The notes under the pieces: model-generated
Told to the model about the DNA's origin: nothing
Databases searched by the model: none
What the model saw: only the letters and a program-made list of their open reading frames with translations
Program-made: the position numbers and the translations under genes
In this document: piece after piece, positions 46,270-55,177 of the stretch
Numbering within the stretch: the stretch's first letter is position 1
How the letters are laid out: each line of letters begins with the position of its first letter
Source: Candidatus Dormiibacterota bacterium
GTDB lineage: Bacteria; Chloroflexota; Dormibacteria; Dormibacterales; Dormibacteraceae
Direction: 5' to 3'
Length of the DNA stretch: 64,000 bases
Assembly: GCA_035280285.1 (NCBI GenBank)
Contig: DATEGC010000077.1
Location: 1,027-65,026, forward strand

Positions 46270-48824
46270 GGACACAGCCGGCAGCGCCGCCTCTCGGGCC
46301 TGGCCTCGAAGCGGCCCGCCCTGATTCCCTCCGCCACTTCCGATCCCTCGACCTCAGCCTCCCGCATCAACCCTTCGATTTTGTCCATACGCACAGTCTC
46401 GCCCGACGCCAGGTACACCACCTCGAGCTCGATGGCATCGAGCTTCAGCGCGGACGTCGCGCCGAGCGCGTACAGGGCGACCTGCAGATCGCGCCGTCGT
46501 CGCGCGATGGGCCGGCCGCTCTTGTAATCGATGATTCGCCAGCCGTGCTCGGTGCGGTCGACCCGGTCAATCACGCCGCGGAGCTTCCAGCCGTCCAAGG
46601 CAACATCGAATGCCTGCTCCAGAAACGTGGGGACGGAGTCGAACCCGCCGCGTGCCCTGTATGCCTCGAGCTCAGCCGCGCCATTGCGCTTAAACGCGGG
46701 CGCCCGCCGCGGGTCGGGGAACGGAGTTGTCTTCCACACCTGGTCGTGGATCGCCTTCAGCCTCGCCCCACTCAGCGCGCCCCCGTCACGTCTCAGCTCG
46801 CAAGCCCGCCGCAGCACCTCGTGCAGGATCACCCCGTGCACGGCTTCGGCGCTCTGGACCACAGGAAGCCGCTGCACGTGCCGGTACCAGTACTGTCGTG
46901 GGCACTCGCGATAGGCGGCGATCGCGCTGTACGACAGCTGGACCTCGCGGGCACCGTCGTTGGTCGTGACAAGCGGCTCGGGCGCGGAATTTGACGCGAA
47001 CTGTCGATCGACAATCGTGCGTGGTCCCGCGCCTCGCACCTCGGCGAGAAAGCGCGACTCGCGCCAGCGGCGTCCCCCCTCGTAGTGGGTCGCGCGCGTG
47101 AGGTAGAGACGGCTCTTTGCCCGCGTCATCGCCACATACAGCAGCCGCCGTTCCTCGGCGATGACGTCCTGGCGGCCGCGCACCAATGGTTCGAGCACGG
47201 ACGGAGGCAGCTCGAATCGGGGCGACCGTCCGGATTGAGGCAGGCGACCCTCGACGAGTGACGGCACGAAGACCGCCTCGAACTCCAGCCCTTTCGACTG
47301 GTGGATAGTCATTACCTGGATCGCGTCGCCAGTTTCGACGTCGTCCAGGCTCACGGGGACGTCATCCTCACCCGACAGCAGCACCAACTCCAGGTGCCTC
47401 ATGTACGCGTCGAGCGAGTGATCAGCCGATGTCTCGCAGAAGTCGGAAATCGCCTCCGCGAACCGGCTGACGGTTGACGTGACGGGATAGCGCGACTGCT
47501 CCATCAGATCGAAGAACAGATCGCGCACATCGAACTCCCTTGCCGCGTTCGCAAGTCGCTCCAGCATTGGCCGCAAACCGGCGGCGGCCGGCCGAGCCAG
47601 TGCGACCAGGTCGGTCCGGTCCCGGACCACGCGGAGCATCGCGATCAGGTCTTTGATCTCCGGCCGGTCATAGAAACCGTGACCACCTATGACGATATGT
47701 GGCAGACCTTTAGCGTCCAGGGCCATGGCGATGGGGCGTGCGATCGCGTTGGTGCGGCAGAGCACGGCGATGCCCGACGGAGGTGTGCCCTCCTCGATCA
47801 GGCGCTCCGCCTGGCGCCCGATCGCGGCCGCCTCCGAGGGGCCGTCCGCGCACTCCCACGCCTCGACCGCAGGTCCGCGCACATCCGACCGCAGCTGCTT
47901 TGCCAGCCGGTCCGGATTGTTGGCGATCACCGAAGCAGCAGCGGCGACGATGCGCCGTGAGCTCCTGTGATTGCGGCCGAGGGTGATGCTCTGCCCGCGT
48001 GGGAAGCTGCGCAGGAATCGCTCCAGGCTCGCCCGCGAAGCCCCACGGAATCGGTAGATGGACTGGTCGTCGTCGCCGACCACGAAAGGCTCTCTACCGG
48101 CCGCGATGAGCTCGATCAGCCGTTCCTGCGCCAAGTTCAGGTCCTGGTATTCGTCAACGAGCACGTGCGGGTACCGAGCCGTGTACTTCCTCGCCACCCC
48201 AGGAAACATCTCGAGCAGCCGCACCGCGAGCAGCAGCAAGTCGTCGAAGTCCAGGTAATGCTGGCGCCGGCATTCCCTCTCGTAGGCCCGGAACAGCTTC
48301 ACACATGCCCGCATGAGGTCAGCGCGCTCGACATCGTCCGCGGAAGATGCCCAGGCTTGCAGCCGCTCGATGGGAACCAGCTCCTGCTTCATGCGCTCGA
48401 GCATCTGCAGCAGAGGCGTGACCAGGTCATCCGGGCGTTCGTCACCGGTCAGTGCGGGATCGCCGATCCCCCACATCCGCTCGCGCGCGAGGATCCAGCG
48501 ATCGGCGCCCGTCAGGATGCGGAAGCTCGGCGGAACCCCGACCGCCCTCCCGTCCTCGCGCAGCCAGCCCAGGGCGATCGAATGAAACGTGCCCACGGCC
48601 GGGGCCGAAGCCTGGATCAGCTCTTCGATGCGCTGGCGCATCTCGGCTGCGGCGCGATCGGTGAACGTCATGACCAGGATCGAGGCCGGCGATACCCCGC
48701 TTGCGACCAGGAGGCCGAAGCGCTCCGCGATCACCGCCGTCTTGCCGGTGCCGGCGCCGGCCACAACTCGCACCGGTCCACCGCCAAGCATTGCCGCTCG
48801 CTGCTGCTCGCGACCCAATTTCAT
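46239..48824 (-). CDS. UvrD/PcrA-type helicase fused to a PD-(D/E)xK nuclease with a Cas4/AddB-like Cys cluster
   Basis: Walker A GAGTGKT, VDEYQD, TIHQSKGLEF. C-terminal nuclease (IDYKSG) with C...CxxCxxxxxC (YRECP ... CRLCPYRLAC). Confidence 0.85.
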   Translation of the reverse strand: MKLGREQQRAAMLGGGPVRVVAGAGTGKTAVIAERFGLLVASGVSPASILVMTFTDRAAAEMRQRIEELIQASAPAVGTFHSIALGWLREDGRAVGVPPSFRILTGADRWILARERMWGIGDPALTGDERPDDLVTPLLQMLERMKQELVPIERLQAWASSADDVERADLMRACVKLFRAYERECRRQHYLDFDDLLLLAVRLLEMFPGVARKYTARYPHVLVDEYQDLNLAQERLIELIAAGREPFVVGDDDQSIYRFRGASRASLERFLRSFPRGQSITLGRNHRSSRRIVAAAASVIANNPDRLAKQLRSDVRGPAVEAWECADGPSEAAAIGRQAERLIEEGTPPSGIAVLCRTNAIARPIAMALDAKGLPHIVIGGHGFYDRPEIKDLIAMLRVVRDRTDLVALARPAAAGLRPMLERLANAAREFDVRDLFFDLMEQSRYPVTSTVSRFAEAISDFCETSADHSLDAYMRHLELVLLSGEDDVPVSLDDVETGDAIQVMTIHQSKGLEFEAVFVPSLVEGRLPQSGRSPRFELPPSVLEPLVRGRQDVIAEERRLLYVAMTRAKSRLYLTRATHYEGGRRWRESRFLAEVRGAGPRTIVDRQFASNSAPEPLVTTNDGAREVQLSYSAIAAYRECPRQYWYRHVQRLPVVQSAEAVHGVILHEVLRRACELRRDGGALSGARLKAIHDQVWKTTPFPDPRRAPAFKRNGAAELEAYRARGGFDSVPTFLEQAFDVALDGWKLRGVIDRVDRTEHGWRIIDYKSGRPIARRRRDLQVALYALGATSALKLDAIELEVVYLASGETVRMDKIEGLMREAEVEGSEVAEGIRAGRFEARPERRRCRLCPYRLACTEAL

Positions 48825-49117
48825 GAGCGCGTCGCACGACCGATTCGCACCCGCAGCACGCGCACCTTGCGGCCAAGGTCGGGTCGGTTGAGCCGGGCGA
48901 GTATGGTCTCGGCGTCGAGTCTCAGCTGATGCGCCAGAGCGGGGTTGGACGTGGTGACGAGCAGGGTGCCGGACTTCACCTCGACCTCGTCACACAGCAT
49001 CGCCACGTCGGGTCCGACGAGATGCCGAAACGCACGCGCCACCTGCAGGCCTATGAGGCGTGCTCCACCGGGCTGGCGGCGCACGATCCTCGGCAGGATA
49101 TTGCCCAACTTATCCAC
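48821..49117 (-). CDS. dciA: DUF721 / DciA-like protein
   Basis: GTG 49117 overlaps the recF stop (GTGGATAA). LGNILPRI...VGPDVAMLCDEVEVKSGTLLVTTSNPALAHQLRL fits DUF721; canonical position after recF. Confidence 0.7.
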   Translation of the reverse strand: MDKLGNILPRIVRRQPGGARLIGLQVARAFRHLVGPDVAMLCDEVEVKSGTLLVTTSNPALAHQLRLDAETILARLNRPDLGRKVRVLRVRIGRATRS

Positions 49118-50195
49118 AGGGTTGAATCCTGCCCTCGGTGACCGTCCAGACCATCGATTTGGCAATCAATTCGGGGGGAAATGGGCCGGCTTCGACCGAG
49201 GTCACGATCACCTGCCCGGCCAGCGCAACCCTGCCTAGCAGCGCCGCCCTGCGCTCGCCGTCCAGCTCCGACAGGACATCGTCCAGCAACAGCACCGGCC
49301 GCTCGCCCGTGCGCCTTTCGACCAGCGCCGCCTCGGCCAGCTTCATGCTCACCACGGCGGTCCTTTGCTGGCCCTGGGATGCGTAGGAACGGGCCTCCTG
49401 ACCGTCCAAGGTCACCCGCAGGTCATCCCGGTGGGGGCCGACGCTGGTGGAGCCTCGCCTCAGGTCTTCGGCCAGGGAGTTATTCACAGCTTCGGCGAGG
49501 TTTTCCGGAGGTCCTTCGTAGGCGATTTGCAGGCGCTCACCGCCCGCAATCTCGCCGTGGCTGCGGGCTGCCTGCGGCGCCAGCTCGCTCACCGCCCGCG
49601 CCCGCGCGGATGCGATCTCAGTTCCAACCTGGACGAGTTCCTGGTTCCAGGCCTCGAGCGTGTCCTCGCCACCTTCACCGGCGGCGATTCGCTTGAGCAG
49701 GCTGTTGCGCTGCTCGAGGACCCGGCGGAGGCGGGCGATTGCGCGCGCGTAACCAGGCTCCACCTGGACGAGCATCTGATTCAGGAAGCGGCGCCGAAGC
49801 TCCGGACCGGCCTTGACGAGACCGAGGTCGTCCGGCCAGAAGAGCACGGCGCGAAAGTTTCCCGGCAGGTCAAACGCGCGCTTCCGTGCGCCGTCGACCT
49901 CAATGGTCCGCCGCGCCCGCTCGTCTTCGACATCGAGCGCGATCGAAATCTGGCGGCGCGCAACTCCCGCCTCGATCTCGGCTTCGATGCGCGACCCGGG
50001 TCCGACGGGACCCACCAGCTCCAGCTCCCGACGCGCCCGCGGGGATGAGGACAGGGCGAGCATGGCCACCGCCTCCAGGAGGTTGGTCTTGCCTTGCCCG
50101 TTAGCGCCGATGAAAACGTTGACGTCCGGTCCCGGCGAGAGGTCCAGCCGGGAGTAGTTGCGGTGGTTGCGGAGGCGCAGGTGACGAAGGCGCAA
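49110..50195 (-). CDS. recF: DNA replication and repair protein RecF
   Basis: LRLRNHRNY, GANGQGKTNLLEA, SQGQQRT, LLLDDVLSELD. Confidence 0.9.
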   Translation of the reverse strand: MRLRHLRLRNHRNYSRLDLSPGPDVNVFIGANGQGKTNLLEAVAMLALSSSPRARRELELVGPVGPGSRIEAEIEAGVARRQISIALDVEDERARRTIEVDGARKRAFDLPGNFRAVLFWPDDLGLVKAGPELRRRFLNQMLVQVEPGYARAIARLRRVLEQRNSLLKRIAAGEGGEDTLEAWNQELVQVGTEIASARARAVSELAPQAARSHGEIAGGERLQIAYEGPPENLAEAVNNSLAEDLRRGSTSVGPHRDDLRVTLDGQEARSYASQGQQRTAVVSMKLAEAALVERRTGERPVLLLDDVLSELDGERRAALLGRVALAGQVIVTSVEAGPFPPELIAKSMVWTVTEGRIQPCG

Positions 50196-50207
50196 GCAGC
50201 CTTCGCC

Positions 50208-51353
50208 TCAGGACATGGCCACCCGCACGGGCATGATCACGTATAGGTAGTGCTCCTTGCCCGGCGGTCGCATCAGCCCCGGACTGAGAGGTCCGTCGAA
50301 CAGCAGCTCAACCTCATCCTCCCCAATAACTCCGAGGGCATCCAGGACGTAGCGGGCGTTGAAAGCAATCTGGATATCGGAACCATCGATGGCCGCGGCC
50401 ATGTCGGCCTTGCTGTCGCCCACCTCATTCGTGGTGGCGGAAAGTGTGAGCGCTCCGGCCTGGGCCTTGACACGGATGACGTTCGCGCTGTCACGAGCAA
50501 ACAGCGACACGGCACGTACCGTCTGAGTCAGCTGGCTCGTCGACACCCGGACGGTGGTCGAGCTCTTGCTGGGGATAACCTGTGCATAGTTTGGATACTT
50601 TCCGTCGATAAGCCGCGAGGTCAACTCGGAGCTGCCTGCGCGGAAGAAAACCTGGTTGCGGGCTTTGGAGATGATCACATCCACCTTTCCCGGCTCGCCC
50701 TTCAGCACTCTCGCCAGCTCGGCCAGCGCTCGCGCCGGCACGATCAGGCTCGCCTCCAGGTCGGTCGGTCCCGCGGCGGCCAGCTTGCGGACCGCCAGCC
50801 GGTGTCCATCCGTCGCGGCGAGGGTCAAGCCGCCGCCCTGGACCTGTACCAGCACCCCGGTGAGCACGGGTCGCGCTTCGTCGGTGGAGGCTGCCATCTG
50901 GGTCTGCTCCACCGCTCCGACGAGATCGTCCAGCGCCACCTCGAGCCTGTCACCCTCATCGGGCCGCGGTCCGGGGGGAAACTCCTCGGCCTCGATGCAC
51001 TTGATGTGGGTGTCGAAGCGCGCGCACCGAAGGTTCAGCGATTGGGTCGCCGCGTCGAGCGTCAGCTCCAGGACTTCGTCCGGCAGCGTACCCACGAAGT
51101 CGGTAAGCAGCCTGGCCGGTGCAGTGGTCGAGCCCTCGGCCGCCACCTCGGCGGGGACTACTTTGCGAATTCCGATCTCCAGGTTCGTGGCCGTGAGTGC
51201 CAGGCCTTCGGACGTGGTTTCGATCAGGATGTTGTTCAGGATCGGGAGCGTGGTCCGGCTGGAAATGGCCCGCGAGACGACCTGCAGCGCCTGGCCCAAC
51301 ACTGCCGGTCTGCACGTCACGTTCATTTGAGCTGCAAGAACCTTGGCATTCAC
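50208..51353 (-). CDS. dnaN: DNA polymerase III beta sliding clamp
   Basis: 381 aa; TLPILNNILIE, three-domain length, position after dnaA. GTG 51353 has a GGGGGA SD (ATG 51326 is an alternative). Confidence 0.9.
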   Translation of the reverse strand: MNAKVLAAQMNVTCRPAVLGQALQVVSRAISSRTTLPILNNILIETTSEGLALTATNLEIGIRKVVPAEVAAEGSTTAPARLLTDFVGTLPDEVLELTLDAATQSLNLRCARFDTHIKCIEAEEFPPGPRPDEGDRLEVALDDLVGAVEQTQMAASTDEARPVLTGVLVQVQGGGLTLAATDGHRLAVRKLAAAGPTDLEASLIVPARALAELARVLKGEPGKVDVIISKARNQVFFRAGSSELTSRLIDGKYPNYAQVIPSKSSTTVRVSTSQLTQTVRAVSLFARDSANVIRVKAQAGALTLSATTNEVGDSKADMAAAIDGSDIQIAFNARYVLDALGVIGEDEVELLFDGPLSPGLMRPPGKEHYLYVIMPVRVAMS

Positions 51354-51597
51354 AACTGTTGTCCCCCGTTGATAGAGATTCTCTTAATTGAAGTCATCCG
51401 TAACCGATAACAGTAAGCGCTGTGTGGACTGTGGATGTCGAGATCATTTACAGATCGAAATGAGCCGTGGATAAGCTCTGGGGAAACAAGTTACAGTCCG
51501 CACCCTGCTGTTGAATCGGTGGGGAGGAAGTGACCGCCACCCGTCCATCCCATCCTGATCCCAAGGCGGTTTTCCAAACCTGTGGACAGCGCCTTCG
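51354..51597. other. DnaA-box cluster between dnaA and dnaN (second oriC module)
   Basis: TGTGGACTG 51423, TGTGGATGT 51430, CGTGGATAA 51466, TGTGGACAG 51581; relatively AT-rich stretch at 51371..51420. Confidence 0.55.
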
Positions 51598-52977
51598 TCA
51601 CTGCGCGTAGAGCTTTTCGCGGATGGATTGAACCTCGTAACGCAAGCGTTCGTCTTCCTTCAGCTCGTTGGCGATCTTTTCAATGGAATGCAGTGCCGTC
51701 GTGTGGTCCCGCCCTCCAAACGCCTTCCCAATGGCGGGCAAAGACGATGGCGTTTCCTCACGGACGAGGTACATCGCGACCTGGCGGGGGAACACGATGT
51801 GCTTGTCGCGTCGCTTGCCCTTCATGTCCTCGAGCGTGACGTTGTAGTAGTCGGCGACCAGCAACTGGATCCGTTCGACGTTGATTGGCTTGCGGGTCCC
51901 GGCCGGGATGATGTCGGAAAGCAGGCGGGCCGCCTCCTCCTCGTCGACCGGCCTTTGATGCACTGCGGCAAAAGCCTGCACCCTCGTCAGCGCGCCTTCC
52001 AGCTCGCGGATGTTGCGCTGAACCTTGTGAGCGATGAAGTTCAGCACTTCCTCGGGGATGAGGCTGTCGTTGCTGCCAAGCTTGGAACGCAGGATCGCGA
52101 GGCGAGTCTCGAAGTCCGCAGGCTGGATGTCGGCGATGAGACCCCACTCGAACCTCGAGCGGAGCCGGTCCTCCAGTGTCGGGATCTCTTTTGGCGGACG
52201 GTCCGACGAGATGACGATCTGCTTGTTGATCTCGTGCAGCGCATTGAAAGTGTGGAAGAACTCTTCTTTCGTGCGGTCTTTACCGGCGAGGAACTGCACG
52301 TCATCGATGAGCAACACGTCGACCGTGCGGTACTGGTGCCGGAATTCGCCCATCCGCGCGGTGGCGATGGAGCTGATCACCTCGTTGGTGAACTGTTCGG
52401 AGGTCAGGTAGACCACGCGCTTGCGCGGAAAGCGGTCGTGCACCTCGTGACCGATGGCGTGCATGAGATGCGTCTTGCCCAATCCCACGCCTCCATAAAG
52501 GAAGAGAGGGTTGTAGCTGTCGCCAGGCGCTTCCGCGACTGCTTTGGCGGCGGCGTGCGCGAACTGCGAGTTGTGGCCGACGACGAATGATGAAAATCGA
52601 AAACGCCCATTGAGCTCCGAGGGGGCGATGGCCGGGGCCTCGACCTCAGGCTCGGCCCCGTTATTGTGTCCATTCTCGGCGGTGTGGTCGTCGTCGTCAC
52701 CCTCGAACAGCGCGTGCGCAGGCCGGTGTCCGGAAGGAGCGATCACAAAATCGATATCAACTTCAGAGCCGGTGACCGCCTGCAGCGTCTCCTGAATCAA
52801 GCCCGAGAACCGGTCTTCCAGCCAGTCCTTCGCGAGCTTGCTGGGCACGCCGATGCGAAACGTGCCGCCGTCCGCGGATACGACCGATGTGTTCTTGAGC
52901 CACATGTCATAGGTGCGCTTGGCGAGTTGAAAGCGGAGCTCCTCCTGCACCTGTGACCAGATCTGGTCCTGGTTCAC
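51598..52977 (-). CDS. dnaA: chromosomal replication initiator protein DnaA
   Basis: GTG 52977 with a GGAGG SD. GGVGLGKTHLMHAIG, LLIDDVQFL, RSRFEWGL, and a domain IV box (AFGGRDHTTALHS). Confidence 0.95.
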   Translation of the reverse strand: MNQDQIWSQVQEELRFQLAKRTYDMWLKNTSVVSADGGTFRIGVPSKLAKDWLEDRFSGLIQETLQAVTGSEVDIDFVIAPSGHRPAHALFEGDDDDHTAENGHNNGAEPEVEAPAIAPSELNGRFRFSSFVVGHNSQFAHAAAKAVAEAPGDSYNPLFLYGGVGLGKTHLMHAIGHEVHDRFPRKRVVYLTSEQFTNEVISSIATARMGEFRHQYRTVDVLLIDDVQFLAGKDRTKEEFFHTFNALHEINKQIVISSDRPPKEIPTLEDRLRSRFEWGLIADIQPADFETRLAILRSKLGSNDSLIPEEVLNFIAHKVQRNIRELEGALTRVQAFAAVHQRPVDEEEAARLLSDIIPAGTRKPINVERIQLLVADYYNVTLEDMKGKRRDKHIVFPRQVAMYLVREETPSSLPAIGKAFGGRDHTTALHSIEKIANELKEDERLRYEVQSIREKLYAQ

Positions 52978-53499
52978 CCCATCCCCTCCTCTCCCGAGCC
53001 CACATCGCTGTGGATTTGATCTGTCACAGCTGTGGAGTGCAGCCGCGGCCACTGCGGAAAACCTGTGGACAATCCAGGATCAACTTTTCGGTGGGCAACA
53101 GTCGCGCTCAGTCCCGGCCAGCCCGCTGCGAACCGTGCTGCCGGCGACCGCGGATTCAACCGAAGCTCTTCGAGCATGAGCTCCGCCTCCTTGGTGCCTG
53201 TGGAAAAGAGCGGAGGGGATTTCCACAAGCTGGCGGGTGCCGACCCGTCGAAATCCACTATCCGGTCATTCCCGAAATATGGAAGCGTCGCTGTACGACT
53301 AAATATTGCCTACTTGTAGGATTTGGTGGAATTTATCAGCGTGATCTGATCTGCAACGTTGGCTTGTCGAGTGGTGCTGTTGCTTCCGGGCGCGCAATAT
53401 AACACTGGCCTGTGGATACCGCAAGGCACATAACTCATGCGATGAAGTGACATCGCCGGTATCACAAGCCGACTTGTTTTCGTCCGCTACACTGGCCCG
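52978..53499. other. oriC region upstream of dnaA (DnaA boxes plus AT-rich unwinding candidate)
   Basis: TGTGGATTT 53009, TGTGGAGTG 53031, TGTGGACAA 53064, TGTGGAAAA 53199, ATTTCCACA 53219, AAATCCACT 53251, TGTGGATAC 53411. AT-rich 53268..53345 stands out against the GC-rich background. Lies between dnaA and rpmH. Confidence 0.7.
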
Positions 53500-53631
53500 A
53501 TCAAAAGGACCTACCAACCGAAGAAACGGTACCGCCGGCGGGTGCATGGTTTTCTGCGCCGGATGAGCACGAAGGGCGGGCAGCGGGTGCTCCGAAGCCG
53601 GCGTCGCAAAGGGCGAGAGCGACTGGCCTAA
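53500..53631 (+). CDS. rpmH: 50S ribosomal protein L34, with ATC at the initiator position
   Basis: (ATC)[42 protein letters not shown] is an unmistakable L34. The frame opens at 53446 and contains no ATG/GTG/TTG before the conserved KRTYQP. Not in the ORF track. Confidence 0.8.
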   Translation: MKRTYQPKKRYRRRVHGFLRRMSTKGGQRVLRSRRRKGRERLA

Positions 53632-53651
53632 CCGCCCTGCTCGCGGGGCGG
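53632..53651 (+). terminator. hairpin between rpmH and rnpA (possible attenuator)
   Basis: CCGCCC-TGCTCGCG-GGGCGG immediately after the rpmH stop. Confidence 0.3.
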
Positions 53652-53659
53652 GCGTTCAA

Positions 53660-54019
53660 ATGAAACGATCTGCCCGGCTACGCAGGCGCGCCGACTTCCA
53701 GTCGGCTATTAGCGGCAAGCGGTTTCATTTCGGTCGCGCCCTGGTCGGCTTCGCCGTGCCCAGCCAAGGGCCGGAGAGCAGGATCGGCGTCACAGTGAGC
53801 AGGGGGGTCAAGAGCTCAGTTGACCGCAACCGTGCCCGCCGTCGTCTCCGCGAGGCCGCTCGCGATGGCCTGCTCGGACCTGATTCGCCGCTGCGCCATG
53901 GGGGAATACGATATGACGTGGTCCTGATCGCCCGCCCGGCGGCGCTCGAGGTCTCGTTCGCCGACCTGGCGGCCGAGCTGAGCGTGGCTGCGCTCAGGCT
54001 CTCCAAATTCAAGCTATGA
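53660..54019 (+). CDS. rnpA: ribonuclease P protein component
   Basis: 119 aa basic protein; RLRRRADF, and the RNR motif region [13 protein letters not shown]; position after rpmH. Confidence 0.85.
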   Translation: MKRSARLRRRADFQSAISGKRFHFGRALVGFAVPSQGPESRIGVTVSRGVKSSVDRNRARRRLREAARDGLLGPDSPLRHGGIRYDVVLIARPAALEVSFADLAAELSVAALRLSKFKL

Positions 54020-54225
54020 CGAAGCTGCTCTTACTTTTGATCCGTGGTTACCAGCGCACCCTGTCGAGAATCCTGCCGCCCAGCTGCCGCTACTACCCTT
54101 CCTGCTCGCATTACACCTACGAGGCGGTCGAGCGGTACGGCTGGTGGAAGGGCGGCCGGATGGGCGCCGCGCGCATCGCCCGCTGCCACCCGTTTGCCAG
54201 GGGCGGCTACGACCCGGTGCCCTGA
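54016..54225 (+). CDS. yidD: membrane protein insertion efficiency factor YidD
   Basis: [35 protein letters not shown]...[14 protein letters not shown]; ATGA overlap with rnpA. Confidence 0.9.
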   Translation: MTKLLLLLIRGYQRTLSRILPPSCRYYPSCSHYTYEAVERYGWWKGGRMGAARIARCHPFARGGYDPVP

Positions 54226-54240
54226 GAGGAGACACCCGCC

Positions 54241-55158
54241 ATCTTTCTGAGCTCCCCATTCGACATCTTTCTGCCCCTGCAGGACGCCGGGCAGTGGCTC
54301 CTGACCACGATCTACGGCGTCGTCGCGGGCGTTTCGATCTTCCAGGTGATTGGGGCATACGGCGTGGCGATCATCGCCATGACGATCCTCATCCGTCTGA
54401 CGCTCGCACCGCTGCAGCAATTCCAGCTGATCACTCAGCGCAAAACGATGGCTGAGCAACGCAAGCTCGCCCCCCAGGTCGCGGAGCTGCGCAAGAAATA
54501 CAAGAAGGACATGCAGCGCCAGAACCAGGAGATCATGAAGATGTACCAGGAGCACGGCGTCAACCCGCTGGGCGGGCTGGTCGGCTGCCTGCCGCTGATC
54601 GTGCAGATGCCGATCCTGAGCGCGCTTTACTTCGTCTTCAGATTCCGGGCTCCGGCGCTCCACATGCCGACGCACTTCCTATTCGTGCCCAACCTCAACG
54701 ACATCCCGACTCAGCACGGCCTGTTCGCGATCCTTGGCCTGGCCATCCCCACGGCCGGATACCTGATCTTTCCGCTTCTGGCGGCGGTGACCACTTACAT
54801 CCAGGCCAAGATGATGCAGATGCCGCCCCCGCCCAACCCGACCGACCAGGAGCTGCAAACGCTACAGATCCAGCGCAGCATGGTGTTCATCTCGCCGCTG
54901 ATGATCGGGTACTTCGCTCTGACGGTGCCCGTCGCCCTGGCGCTTTACTGGTTTGTCGGGAACTGCGTCGGTATCATTCAGCAGAGCTTCGTCGTCGGGT
55001 GGGGGAACCTGCTTCCGGCGCGCTTCAGGACTGTTGCCGGAGGCGCCCCGTCAGCACAAAACAACAAGATGCCAAGCAACAAGCTGGCTTTCGACAACCC
55101 ATCGAGCAACCCGAAGCCTGGGCGGCACGGCCCGAAACCGAAGAAGCCGAAAAGATGA
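54241..55158 (+). CDS. yidC: membrane protein insertase YidC (short form), probable ATC start
   Basis: The YidC core (GVAIIAMTILIRLTLAPL, LAPQVAELRKKYKKD, GCLPLIVQMPIL) is preceded in frame by a conserved-looking FDIFLPLQDAGQWLL segment. GAGGAG SD sits 9 nt before ATC 54241. The first canonical start (GTG 54346) falls just before TM1. Confidence 0.8.
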   Translation: MFLSSPFDIFLPLQDAGQWLLTTIYGVVAGVSIFQVIGAYGVAIIAMTILIRLTLAPLQQFQLITQRKTMAEQRKLAPQVAELRKKYKKDMQRQNQEIMKMYQEHGVNPLGGLVGCLPLIVQMPILSALYFVFRFRAPALHMPTHFLFVPNLNDIPTQHGLFAILGLAIPTAGYLIFPLLAAVTTYIQAKMMQMPPPPNPTDQELQTLQIQRSMVFISPLMIGYFALTVPVALALYWFVGNCVGIIQQSFVVGWGNLLPARFRTVAGGAPSAQNNKMPSNKLAFDNPSSNPKPGRHGPKPKKPKR

Positions 55159-55177
55159 CGGCAAGGAGTGAGCGAAC

